The notes beneath the pieces were generated by a model, which did not search any database, was not told where the DNA came from, and saw only the letters and a program-made list of their open reading frames with translations. From contig NZ_LN831039.1 of NCBI RefSeq assembly GCF_001457595.1, forward strand, positions 4,770,001 to 4,802,000: a stretch of DNA of 32,000 bases. Direction: 5' to 3'. The number at the start of each line of letters is the position of its first letter. Positions within the stretch are counted from its first letter, which is position 1. Origin of the DNA: Mycolicibacterium smegmatis. Lineage in GTDB: Bacteria > Actinomycetota > Actinomycetes > Mycobacteriales > Mycobacteriaceae. Positions 1-7,708 of this stretch are shown here, one piece after another. Made by a program: the position numbers and the translations under genes.

Positions 1-1499
1 TCGACGTCCTGGGTGTGCCGGGCGATCCTGATGTAGATCTCTTCCACCAGGGCCGGGTTGAGGTTCGCGGGCGGGTTCGCCTGGAATTCGACCAGGATCT
101 TCTCGGCAGCGTCGTGTGCGACGCGTTCGGCCTTGACCTCCTCGGCGCGGTCCGCCTCGTGGTCGTCGTTGAAGCGCGAGATGTGCAGCTTGCGGATCAG
201 CCACGGCAGCGTGGACCCCTGAAGCAGCAGCGTGCCGACGGCGACCACGAACGCGATCGCCTGGATGGTGGCGCGTTCGGGGAACGGTTCACCCGACTCG
301 GTGTACGCGGGGATCGCGGCGGCGGCCGCCAGCGTCACCACGCCGCGCATGCCGGTCCAGGACAGCACGACGTTCTCCTGCCAGCTCAACGTGCGGCGGT
401 CGACCATGGTGCGCCAGTTGGCCCTGCGTTTCTTCTTGCGCTGCTTGCGGACGGCCGCGCCGAGCGAACTGCGGCTTCCGTCCGGGGCCGGGACGCTGAG
501 CTTCTTCTCGACGTGTCTGGACAGCTTGTTGCGGCCGAAGATCGCGAACACCGAAAGCGGCCGGATCACCAGCACGATCAACAGCACCACGGCTGAGGCG
601 GTGATCACCTCGGTGAGGGACTCGTGCGCCTCGTTGAGATGTTCGAGGACGAACCGCAGGTGCAGGCCGATGTAGGCGAACACGAACGCCTCCAGCAGCA
701 CGTCCACCGAGTTCCACACGTAGCGTTCCTGCAGGCGGGTCTGGTAGCCCGCACCGAGGTTGCCGTTGCCGACCACGAATCCCGCGACCACGACCGCCAG
801 CACGCCGGACGCGTGCAGTTCCTCGGCGGTGATGAACGCCGCGAACGGCACCACGAGTCCCTGGACTGTTTCGAGTCCGGGATTGGCCAGGCGCTTGCGG
901 ATCCACAGCGTGACGTAGCCGAGCACCGCGCCGACGAGCGGGCCGACAGTGGCGCTGTAGCCGAACAGCAGGAGCGGGTTCTCGATGAAGATGTGGCCAC
1001 CGGCGACCTGGGTGACCGCGATGGAGAACAGCGTCAGCGCGGCCGCGTCGTTGATGAGGCTCTCACCGGTCAGGATCGCCATCATGCGTTTCGGCAGACC
1101 GAGCTTGCGGCCCACCGCCACGGCTGTGACGGCGTCCGGAGGCGCCACGATCGCGCCGAGCACCAACGCGGTCCCGAACGTCAACGGCACGATCACCAGC
1201 CAGCTCGACACCGCCGCGACCGCGAACGCCGATACCACGACCAATCCCACGCCCAGGCCGAGGATCGGGCGGATGTGTCGCAAAAACGTCGGGAACGAGA
1301 AGTTCAGTGCCGCGGAGTACAGCAGCGGCGGCAGGACGACGGACAGCAGGATGTGCGAATCGAGTTCGGGAGGTTCGAAATCGGGGAGGAAAGATACCGC
1401 GCTGCCGACCACCACGATCATCAGTGCGGGTTCGAATCCGCGGTGGTGAGCGATGGCTGTGACCAGGATGGCGCCGACGACGACAAGTAACAACTCCAC
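1..1499 (-). CDS. Na+/H+ (monovalent cation:proton) antiporter, CPA1/NhaP-YjcE family; C-terminus runs off the left window edge
   Basis: Absent from the ORF track because there is no stop in the window. Manual translation of the minus strand from GTG at 1499 gives an uninterrupted frame to position 3: VELLLVVVGAILVTAIAHHRGFEPALMIVVVGSAVSFLPDF...IVAPPDAVTAVAVGRKLGLPKRMMAILTGESLINDAAALTLFSIAV...SWTGMRGVVTLAAAAAIP. It has multiple hydrophobic helices and the PPDAV / GESLxNDA signatures typical of CPA1 exchangers. The ORFs listed on both strands here translate to R/G/H/D-rich junk. Confidence 0.8.
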   Translation of the reverse strand, partial: MELLLVVVGAILVTAIAHHRGFEPALMIVVVGSAVSFLPDFEPPELDSHILLSVVLPPLLYSAALNFSFPTFLRHIRPILGLGVGLVVVSAFAVAAVSSWLVIVPLTFGTALVLGAIVAPPDAVTAVAVGRKLGLPKRMMAILTGESLINDAAALTLFSIAVTQVAGGHIFIENPLLLFGYSATVGPLVGAVLGYVTLWIRKRLANPGLETVQGLVVPFAAFITAEELHASGVLAVVVAGFVVGNGNLGAGYQTRLQERYVWNSVDVLLEAFVFAYIGLHLRFVLEHLNEAHESLTEVITASAVVLLIVLVIRPLSVFAIFGRNKLSRHVEKKLSVPAPDGSRSSLGAAVRKQRKKKRRANWRTMVDRRTLSWQENVVLSWTGMRGVVTLAAAAAIPAYTESGEPFPERATIQAIAFVVAVGTLLLQGSTLPWLIRKLHISRFNDDHEADRAEEVKAERVAHDAAEKILVEFQANPPANLNPALVEEIYIRIARHTQDV

Positions 1500-1536
1500 C
1501 CGCAAATTGTGCCGTGCGAACGACCGTCTCGCCCAA

Positions 1537-2343
1537 TCAGGACTGACAGGTGGGGCACCAGAACAGGTTTCGCCCTCCGAGTTCCGCGGTTCGTACGGGT
1601 GTACCACATATGCGGCACGGCTCGCCCGCCCTGCGGTAGACGTAGGTGCGTGGCCGCCCGGTCCGGTAGGACGGGGCGCCGTGGTCGTGTTCGGGCCGGA
1701 CGACGACGATCTTGCCGCGTCGCACACCGACCTTCATGAGCGCGACGAGATCGGTCCACATCGCGTCGAATTCGGCCGCGTCGAGTTGCGTGCCCGGCAG
1801 GTAGGGGTCGATGCCGTGGCGGAACAGCAGTTCGCTGCGGTACACGTTGCCGACCCCGGCCATGACCGTCTGGTCCATCAGCAGCGCGCCGATCGGTCTG
1901 CGTGACTTGGTGATCCGCTTCCAGGCCAGGGACGCGTCGGCGTCGGGGCGCAGCGGGTCCGGGCCGAGTTTGGCGATGACGTCGACGATCTCGGGTTCGG
2001 TGATCAGCTCGCATACGGTCGGCCCGCGCAGATCGGTGCCGTACTGAGCGCCGATGATGCGCATGCGGACCTGGCCCACCGGCAGCGGCAGCGCGAGCTC
2101 GGCGGGCACCGGCCACTCGGTGAACGCGCCGTACAGACCCAGGTGGATGTGCACCACGCGGCCACCGTCGTAGTGGTGGAACAGATGCTTGCCCCATGCA
2201 CTCGCCCGTTTGAAGATGTGACCGCTGACCGCCGCGGCGCCGTCGGCGAACCGGCCCTGCGGACTCGAGACGACGACGGCGGTCCGACCGAACCGACGTT
2301 GGTGCAACCGGGCCAGCCGGTGCAGGGTGTGCCCCTCAGGCAC
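1537..2343 (-). CDS. nei: Fpg/Nei-family DNA glycosylase (endonuclease VIII), Rv2464c-like
   Basis: 268 aa. GTG start gives M-PEGHTL, with Pro2 as the catalytic N-terminal nucleophile and Glu3. C-terminal zinc finger CRICGTPVRTAELGGRNLFWCPTCQ. Lies directly downstream of rpiB, as in M. tuberculosis. Confidence 0.9.
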   Translation of the reverse strand: MPEGHTLHRLARLHQRRFGRTAVVVSSPQGRFADGAAAVSGHIFKRASAWGKHLFHHYDGGRVVHIHLGLYGAFTEWPVPAELALPLPVGQVRMRIIGAQYGTDLRGPTVCELITEPEIVDVIAKLGPDPLRPDADASLAWKRITKSRRPIGALLMDQTVMAGVGNVYRSELLFRHGIDPYLPGTQLDAAEFDAMWTDLVALMKVGVRRGKIVVVRPEHDHGAPSYRTGRPRTYVYRRAGEPCRICGTPVRTAELGGRNLFWCPTCQS

Positions 2344-2358
2344 CGAAGACGCTCGCGG

Positions 2359-2838
2359 TCAGGCCGGCGCGCCCGGAACCGCGGGTGCGACGTGCGTGCG
2401 TTCGTACTCGGCGAGGATGTCGATGCGGCGCTGGTGCCGCTCGGCCTCCGACCACGGGGTGGTCAGGAACGCGTCGACGATCGCGAGCGCCTCCTCGGTG
2501 GTGTGCATCCGGCCACCGATGCCGACCACGTTCGCGTTGTTGTGCTCGCGCGCCAGTTTCGCGGTTTCGACGCTCCAGGCCAGCGCGGCGCGTGCACCGG
2601 GCACCTTGTTCGCGGCGATCTGCTCACCGTTGCCCGAACCGCCGAGCACGATACCGAGGCTGCCCGGATCGGCGACGGTCTTCTCCGCCGCGGCGATGCA
2701 GAACGCCGGGTAGTCGTCGTCGGCGTCGTACTCGTAAGCCCCGCAGTCGATAGGCTCGTGGCCGTTCTTCTCCAGGTGGGCGATGATCGTTTTCTTGAAC
2801 TCGAAACCGGCGTGATCGGCACCGACGTAGACGCGCAT
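2359..2838 (-). CDS. rpiB: ribose-5-phosphate isomerase B (RpiB/LacAB family)
   Basis: 159 aa, MRVYVGADHAGFEFKKTIIAHLEKNGHEPIDCGAYEYD...GSGNGEQIAANKVPGARAAL, the typical actinobacterial RpiB sequence. Its stop lies 15 nt upstream of the nei start. Confidence 0.92.
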   Translation of the reverse strand: MRVYVGADHAGFEFKKTIIAHLEKNGHEPIDCGAYEYDADDDYPAFCIAAAEKTVADPGSLGIVLGGSGNGEQIAANKVPGARAALAWSVETAKLAREHNNANVVGIGGRMHTTEEALAIVDAFLTTPWSEAERHQRRIDILAEYERTHVAPAVPGAPA

Positions 2839-2856
2839 GCGGCTAACCCTAACGTG

Positions 2857-3414
2857 TCAGCACTCCGTGACCACGATGCCGGCCTGCAGCAGGTCCAGCA
2901 GCCGCTGCGTCTGCTCGACCGAGCCGCTTGCGATGCAGATTCCCAGCAGGCTCGACACCACATCGTCGGCGCGGACGGCGGCGCGGAGGGCACCGGCGGC
3001 GGCGCACGCATCGACCAGGAGGCCGACGGCCGCGACGATCCGCTCGCGGGTCTCGTTGCGGTCGATCGAACCGGACTCGAGGACCACGAGTAACGACTCG
3101 GCCATCCCACGCTTCGCCCCGACGAACGCGGCGTAACGATCCATCCAGCGGCGCAGTGCCAGGGCGGGCGGGTGCGTGTCGAGCAACTCGGCGGCGCAAC
3201 CGCACACCTCCGCCAACTCCGCCCGGTACACGGCCTCGACAAGCGCCTCACGCGTGGGGAAATGGCGGTAGAGCGTGCCGATACCCACGCCCGCGGCGCG
3301 CGCGATCGCTTCGAGCGACACCGGCGCGGCGGTGGTCTCGGCGGCCCCGAATGCGGTCGCCGCCGCATCCAGCAGGCGTTCACGGTTGCGTCTGACGTCG
3401 GCCCGCTCAGCCAT
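2857..3414 (-). CDS. TetR-family transcriptional regulator
   Basis: 185 aa. N-terminal HTH: RERLLDAAATAFGAAE...VSLEAIARAAGVGIGTLYRHFPTREALVEAVY. GGAGG lies 10 nt upstream of the ATG at 3414. The stop is only 18 nt upstream of the rpiB start. Confidence 0.9.
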   Translation of the reverse strand: MAERADVRRNRERLLDAAATAFGAAETTAAPVSLEAIARAAGVGIGTLYRHFPTREALVEAVYRAELAEVCGCAAELLDTHPPALALRRWMDRYAAFVGAKRGMAESLLVVLESGSIDRNETRERIVAAVGLLVDACAAAGALRAAVRADDVVSSLLGICIASGSVEQTQRLLDLLQAGIVVTEC

Positions 3415-3416
3415 CG

Positions 3417-3463
3417 CGGAGGCACCTCCGGTTTGTTACGTTGGTAAAGCGGAGGGTCCTCCG
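3417..3463. promoter_or_regulatory. two copies of a 14-bp palindrome CGGAGG-N2-CCTCCG; candidate TetR operator pair in the TetR/AKR divergent intergenic region
   Basis: cggaggcacctccg at 3417-3430 and cggagggtcctccg at 3450-3463. Centres are 33 bp apart, about three helical turns. A further half-site cggag lies at 3469-3473. The 2-nt spacer is too short for an RNA hairpin loop, so a DNA operator is more likely. Confidence 0.45.
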
Positions 3464-3494
3464 CATTTCGGAGTATGGCACGAGGAGAATTTCT

Positions 3495-4439
3495 GTGACC
3501 ACTGAGAGCCCCGGCAGTCCTGGCATTCCCGGTGGGTCCGGCACGATCGGGACACAGCCGGTGGCCCGTGTGGGCTACGGCGCGATGGCACTCGGACCTC
3601 GCGTGCCCATCGACGACGCCGTGGTGCTGCTGCGCCGCGCCGTCGAACTGGGCGTCAACCACATCGACACCGCGTCGTTCTACGACGACGGCGAGGTGAA
3701 CCGCCGGATACGCCGGGCACTGGCCCCGTATCCCGACGATCTGGTGATCGTCAGCAAGGTCGGCGCGCGACCGGCCACCGGACCGGTGCCGCTCGCTCTC
3801 GCGCAGCGGCCCGCCGAACTACGAACTGCCGTCGAACGCGATCTCGCCGAGTTGGGCGTCGACCGGATCGCGGTGGCCAACCTGCGCCGCGCGGACATCG
3901 GCCCGGGCCTGATCGCCGAGGGCGACCAGGTGGTCGATCTCGACGATCAGCTTGCCGAGATGATCGCGCTGCGCGACGAGGGCAAGATCGCCGCGATCGG
4001 CATGAGCAACATCGATCTGGACACCGCGCGGCGGGCCGCCCCCGCAGGCATCGTGTGCATCCAGAACGCGTACAACCTGCTGGACCGGACAAGCGAGGAG
4101 CTCCTCGGATTCGCGCGGCAGCAGAACATCGCGTTCGTGCCCTATTTCCCGCTGGGCTCGGCGTTTCCCGGCTTCCCCAAGGTTTCCGACAACCCGGTGG
4201 TGCGCACGATCGCCGCCGAGTCGGGTGTCACGCCCGCCCAGATCGGCCTCGCCTGGCTGTTGGCCCATGCGCCGAACATCCTGCTCATCGCCGGAACGGC
4301 GTCGGTCGATCACCTGGAGCAGAACGTGCGCGCCGGTGACATCACGTTAAGCGACAAGGCGATCGCGGCCCTCGACGCCGTGCCCGGCGAGCGGTCACCC
4401 CACGGTGATGGCGTCGAGGCGTTCCTTGATGAAAGCTGA
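3495..4439 (+). CDS. aldo/keto reductase family oxidoreductase
   Basis: In frame with track ORF 3441-4439. I prefer GTG at 3495, preceded by GAGGAGA at 3482-3488. AKR-like sequence: GYGAMALG...AVELGVNHIDTASFYDDGEVN...VIVSKVG...GMSNIDLDTARRA...VCIQNAYNLLDR...VPYFPLG. Confidence 0.88.
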   Translation: MTTESPGSPGIPGGSGTIGTQPVARVGYGAMALGPRVPIDDAVVLLRRAVELGVNHIDTASFYDDGEVNRRIRRALAPYPDDLVIVSKVGARPATGPVPLALAQRPAELRTAVERDLAELGVDRIAVANLRRADIGPGLIAEGDQVVDLDDQLAEMIALRDEGKIAAIGMSNIDLDTARRAAPAGIVCIQNAYNLLDRTSEELLGFARQQNIAFVPYFPLGSAFPGFPKVSDNPVVRTIAAESGVTPAQIGLAWLLAHAPNILLIAGTASVDHLEQNVRAGDITLSDKAIAALDAVPGERSPHGDGVEAFLDES

Positions 4440-5354
4440 CGAGATGACCGGTTCGAGCCCCGCGGTGCGGCCGACGGGCGGCTGCAGCGGCGTCACCACC
4501 GCGTCGTGGTTGGCCTCGTAGAAGTAGATCAACGACACCAGGTCCTCTTCGGGGGCGTCCGGCTGCGGGGGCAGCACGCGGTGGCGTCCCGACGGCCACC
4601 GGCGCCCGCTCCAGTACTCCAGCAGGTCACCGATATTGACGGTCAGCGCGCCGGGCTCCCACGGCGCGTCCTCCCAGCCCTCGGCCTCGGAGTAGACCTG
4701 AAGTCCACCTGCTCCGGGCTCGCGGTCGAGTACCGTGACCGTTCCGAAGTCGGTGTGCGGACCGATGCGGAACTGGCCTGGCTCGGGCTCCCCCACGGCG
4801 GTCAACGGTGGGTAGTGGTTGATGTTCATCGTCCACGTCGGTCGATCTGCCAGCGCCACAAAGGGATTCGCCGGGAGCCCGAGGGCGTGGGAGAACAGGT
4901 CCAACAAATCGTCGGAGAGTTTCCGCATCGCGGCGGTGTATTCGGCCACCAACGGCTGCAGCGCGGGCACTTCGATGGGCCAGACGTTGGGCGCGTACCA
5001 GATCCGGTCCACCTCGGCATCGCCGGTCGCGGTGTCCGACCCCAGGCTGAAGCTCTCTTTCAGGTCGGGTGGTGTCTCGGTGCCTTCGGCGTACCCGTTG
5101 GCCTCGGCACCCGGCCCGATCCAGCCGCGACCGCCGACGGGCACCGAGTACCGCCGCTTCGTCGCGTCCGGCAGGGCGAAGAAGTCGCGGCTCGCGGCGC
5201 GGACACGCGCGGCGAGGGCGGGGTCGACGTTGTGGCCGGTGACGACGATGAATCCCGCGCGCTGCAGGCCGGCGTCGACCTCGGCGGCCACCGCGTCGGC
5301 CTCGGCGCCGCCGGCATACCACCGTGAAAGATCAACTGTGGCAATGGCACTCAC
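4395..5354 (-). CDS. 2-oxoglutarate/Fe(II)-dependent oxygenase (isopenicillin N synthase-like family)
   Basis: Track ORF 4395-5420. I prefer GTG at 5354, which overlaps the upstream deaminase stop (GTGA). Facial triad visible: GPHTDFG (HxD) and distal SGRHRV. The N-terminal DIOX_N-like segment is IATVDLSRWYAGG...AGFIVVTGHNV. Confidence 0.85.
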   Translation of the reverse strand: MSAIATVDLSRWYAGGAEADAVAAEVDAGLQRAGFIVVTGHNVDPALAARVRAASRDFFALPDATKRRYSVPVGGRGWIGPGAEANGYAEGTETPPDLKESFSLGSDTATGDAEVDRIWYAPNVWPIEVPALQPLVAEYTAAMRKLSDDLLDLFSHALGLPANPFVALADRPTWTMNINHYPPLTAVGEPEPGQFRIGPHTDFGTVTVLDREPGAGGLQVYSEAEGWEDAPWEPGALTVNIGDLLEYWSGRRWPSGRHRVLPPQPDAPEEDLVSLIYFYEANHDAVVTPLQPPVGRTAGLEPVISSAFIKERLDAITVG

Positions 5355-5791
5355 TCGCCGATGTCCTCCGCCCACAGATCCGGTTTCGCCGCGATGAAAT
5401 CCTGCATCATCTTCACGCACCGCTGGTCATCCAGCAACGTGACAGCGACGCCGTGCTCGGCCAGCCACTCGTGACCGCCGGAGAATGTGCGTGCCTCACC
5501 GATGAGAAGGGCACCGATGTTGAACTGACGGACCAGGCCGCTGCAGTACCAGCACGGTGACAGCGTCGTCACCATGATGGTGTCGCGGTAGCCGCGTTGC
5601 CGGCCTGCGGCACGGAAGGCATCCGTCTCCGCGTGCACCGATGGGTCCCCCTGCTGCACCCGCCGGTTGCGCCCGCGGCCCAACAGCTCACCGTCGGCGC
5701 TGAACAGGGCGGCGCCGATCGGAATGCCGCCTTCGGCCAAGCCTTTTTGCGCCTCTTCGACCGCGACGTCGAGCATCTCCCCGGGACTCAT
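5351..5791 (-). CDS. CMP/dCMP-type zinc deaminase (cytosine/guanine/nucleoside deaminase family)
   Basis: Track ORF 5351-5824. ATG at 5791 is preceded by GGAAGGG with about 7 nt spacing, whereas GTG at 5824 has no RBS. Zinc ligand motifs HAETDAF (HAE) and PCWYCSG (PCxxC) are present. Confidence 0.85.
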   Translation of the reverse strand: MSPGEMLDVAVEEAQKGLAEGGIPIGAALFSADGELLGRGRNRRVQQGDPSVHAETDAFRAAGRQRGYRDTIMVTTLSPCWYCSGLVRQFNIGALLIGEARTFSGGHEWLAEHGVAVTLLDDQRCVKMMQDFIAAKPDLWAEDIGE

Positions 5792-5921
5792 GGCTGCACC
5801 CTTCCATCGTTCATTCCTCGCCACACAGCGACAGACGGCCGATCAGGCGAGCACCGATCACGGCGATCCGGAGGTGATTCGGCCTCGGCGGAAAGGTCGG
5901 CAGCGCTCGCGGGCGTCGTCA

Positions 5922-5957
5922 TGCGTTACACCGTGGCCCCAACTGCGGTGTAACGCA
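5922..5957 (-). terminator. hairpin downstream of the GntR gene (12-bp perfect stem, 12-nt loop)
   Basis: tgcgttacaccg (5922-5933) pairs perfectly with cggtgtaacgca (5946-5957). It lies 27 nt past the GntR stop at 5984-5986. There is no U-tract, as is common in mycobacteria. Confidence 0.5.
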
Positions 5958-5983
5958 AGCTGAACACACAGGCTGTCTCGACG

Positions 5984-6661
5984 TCAGTCGGGTTCAGCGA
6001 CCGCGAGCAACTCGCGGGCGCTGGCGACGATGTGTCCGTCGAGGGCCGACCGGCGCACCTCGGTACCGCCCGTGGTGATCGCCTCGAGCAACGCACGGTG
6101 TTCTTCGGGAATCGCGAACGGGCTCTCGTGACGTTTGGCGAGCCGGTGGATCTGCATTCGGATGCGCGGCTGGACGCTGGCCCACAGTTGCATCGCGTGT
6201 TCGGAATGCGCGCTCCTGACGATCGTCTCGTGGAACAGCACGTCGAGTTCGTTCAGCTGTTCCAGGTCACCGGCGCCTGCCGCATCGTCCATGAGCGCCA
6301 CCAGACGCCGGAGTTCGGCGAGCACCGCCGGATCGGCACTGGCCTTCTCGACCGCGAACTGCTCGATGGACAGCCGCACCGGCAGCAACACCCCCAGCAG
6401 TTCGTCGGCGCTCACGGTGGCCACGAACGCGCCCCGATTGGGGATGTGGTGCACCAGCCCTTCGCTTTCCAGCTGCCGTAGCGCTTCGCGCACCGGGCCG
6501 GGGCTCGTGCTCAGATGCGCGGCCAGCACGTCCTGCTTGAGCTGCGCACCCGGCGGCAGACCGCCCTTGACGATCTGCTCACGTAGCCAGTCCGCGATCT
6601 GGTGCCGCCGCGACGAGGCCAACGGGGCGGCGACCGCCAGAGGTTGCAACGCCTCCGTCAT
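5984..6661 (-). CDS. GntR-family regulator, FadR/FCD subfamily
   Basis: Track ORF 5984-6679. ATG at 6661 is preceded by GAAGGAGAAGG. The winged-helix segment is IADWLREQIVKGGLPPGAQLKQDVLAAHLSTSPGPVREALRQLESEGLVHHIPNRGAFV, followed by an all-helical FCD-like C-terminal domain. Confidence 0.9.
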   Translation of the reverse strand: MTEALQPLAVAAPLASSRRHQIADWLREQIVKGGLPPGAQLKQDVLAAHLSTSPGPVREALRQLESEGLVHHIPNRGAFVATVSADELLGVLLPVRLSIEQFAVEKASADPAVLAELRRLVALMDDAAGAGDLEQLNELDVLFHETIVRSAHSEHAMQLWASVQPRIRMQIHRLAKRHESPFAIPEEHRALLEAITTGGTEVRRSALDGHIVASARELLAVAEPD

Positions 6662-6774
6662 GATCCTTCTCCTTCGCAAGGGTCGCCAGGGTCGCCCGCT
6701 GGCGCCATCCTAGGCAGCCGCGCCTGCTCGCGAGCGTGCTGACACAGTTGCCGACGCACTATTGCGCCGATTAC

Positions 6775-6790
6775 AGATTATAGATAATCT
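6775..6790. promoter_or_regulatory. AT-rich 16-bp palindrome AGATTAT-AG-ATAATCT; candidate GntR operator overlapping divergent -10 elements
   Basis: 7-bp perfect arms. This is the only strongly AT-rich patch in the intergenic region. The minus strand reads a perfect TATAAT (6782-6777) pointing towards the GntR gene. The plus strand reads TAATCT (6785-6790, TANNNT) pointing towards the ABC operon. Confidence 0.45.
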
Positions 6791-6862
6791 CTGATCCACT
6801 CACAGTCGCCCGTCGGCCCCACCCGGCCCATCGGTGAAACATCCTGCGGATAAAGGAAACCC

Positions 6863-7678
6863 ATGCGTAGACGCACCCGTGCGGCGATCGCCGCCCTCGC
6901 CGCCACCACCGCGCTCGTTCTGGCCGGTTGCACCTCGTCGGACCAGGCGGGCCCGACCCAGAACAGCACGTTGACGAAAGTGCTGAATTCCAAGAAGCTC
7001 ACCGTCGGCGTCTTCGCGGACGCGCCCCCGTACGGCGTGATGAACAGCTCGGGCGAATACCAGGGCTTCGACATCGACAAGGCCCGTGCGCTGGCCGACT
7101 CCCTCGGCGCCGACGTCCAGTTCGTCAGCACCACCAACGCGAGCCGAATCCCCATGCTGGAGACGGGGAAAGCAGATGTCATCATCGCCGCGCTCACCAA
7201 CCTCGATGAGCGAGCCCAGGTGGTCGCACTGACCAGGCCGTACGCCTCGGAGGGCCAGCTGGTCGTGGTGCCGGCCGACAGTCCCATCCAGGGCTACGAC
7301 GACCTCGCGGGCCGCACGGTCGCCGCCACCCGCGGCAGCGTGCCCGCCACCATCCTCGAAACCGAATTCCCGCAGGCCAAGCCCAGCCTGTTCGAAGCCG
7401 TCGCCGACTCGATCCAGGCGCTGCGCAGCGGCAAGGTCGACGCGCTCATGGAGAGCACGGCTGTCGTCGCCGAGATCCGTGCGAGCCAGAAAGATGCGGT
7501 ACGCGTTCTCGACGCTCCCCCACTGGCACCGTCGTTCGTGTCCTTCGGCGTGAAGATGGGCGATCAACTCTGGCTGAACTACCTCAACAACTTCATCCTC
7601 AACTACAACATCAGCAAGGCGGCGAACGAGTCATACAACAAATGGCTCGGCATGGACGTACCAGAGCTCATCAAGTAG
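6863..7678 (+). CDS. ABC transporter substrate-binding lipoprotein, polar amino acid (SBP_bac_3) family
   Basis: 271 aa. Signal peptide with lipobox LVLAGC. Family-3 SBP-like sequence: KLTVGVFADAPPYGVMNSSGEYQGFDIDKARALA...GKADVIIAALT. The RBS AAGGAAA lies upstream. Confidence 0.9.
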   Translation: MRRRTRAAIAALAATTALVLAGCTSSDQAGPTQNSTLTKVLNSKKLTVGVFADAPPYGVMNSSGEYQGFDIDKARALADSLGADVQFVSTTNASRIPMLETGKADVIIAALTNLDERAQVVALTRPYASEGQLVVVPADSPIQGYDDLAGRTVAATRGSVPATILETEFPQAKPSLFEAVADSIQALRSGKVDALMESTAVVAEIRASQKDAVRVLDAPPLAPSFVSFGVKMGDQLWLNYLNNFILNYNISKAANESYNKWLGMDVPELIK

Positions 7679-7708
7679 TCACTGCGCCCACCACGTTCAG
7701 GACACACC

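Noticed and set aside
1425-1447. A GGTTCGAATCC string resembling a tRNA T-arm/T-loop.
   Set aside because: The flanking bases cannot form a 5-bp T-stem (gcggg against ccgcg pairs only 2 bp). No acceptor or anticodon arms can be drawn. It lies inside the antiporter coding frame, where it encodes HRGFEPA.
2463-3662. A 399-aa minus-strand ORF spanning rpiB, the TetR gene and the start of the AKR gene.
   Set aside because: It is out of frame with two well-supported same-strand genes and crosses the divergent promoter region. Its composition is Arg/Pro/Ser/Ala-rich and typical of off-frame GC-rich translation.
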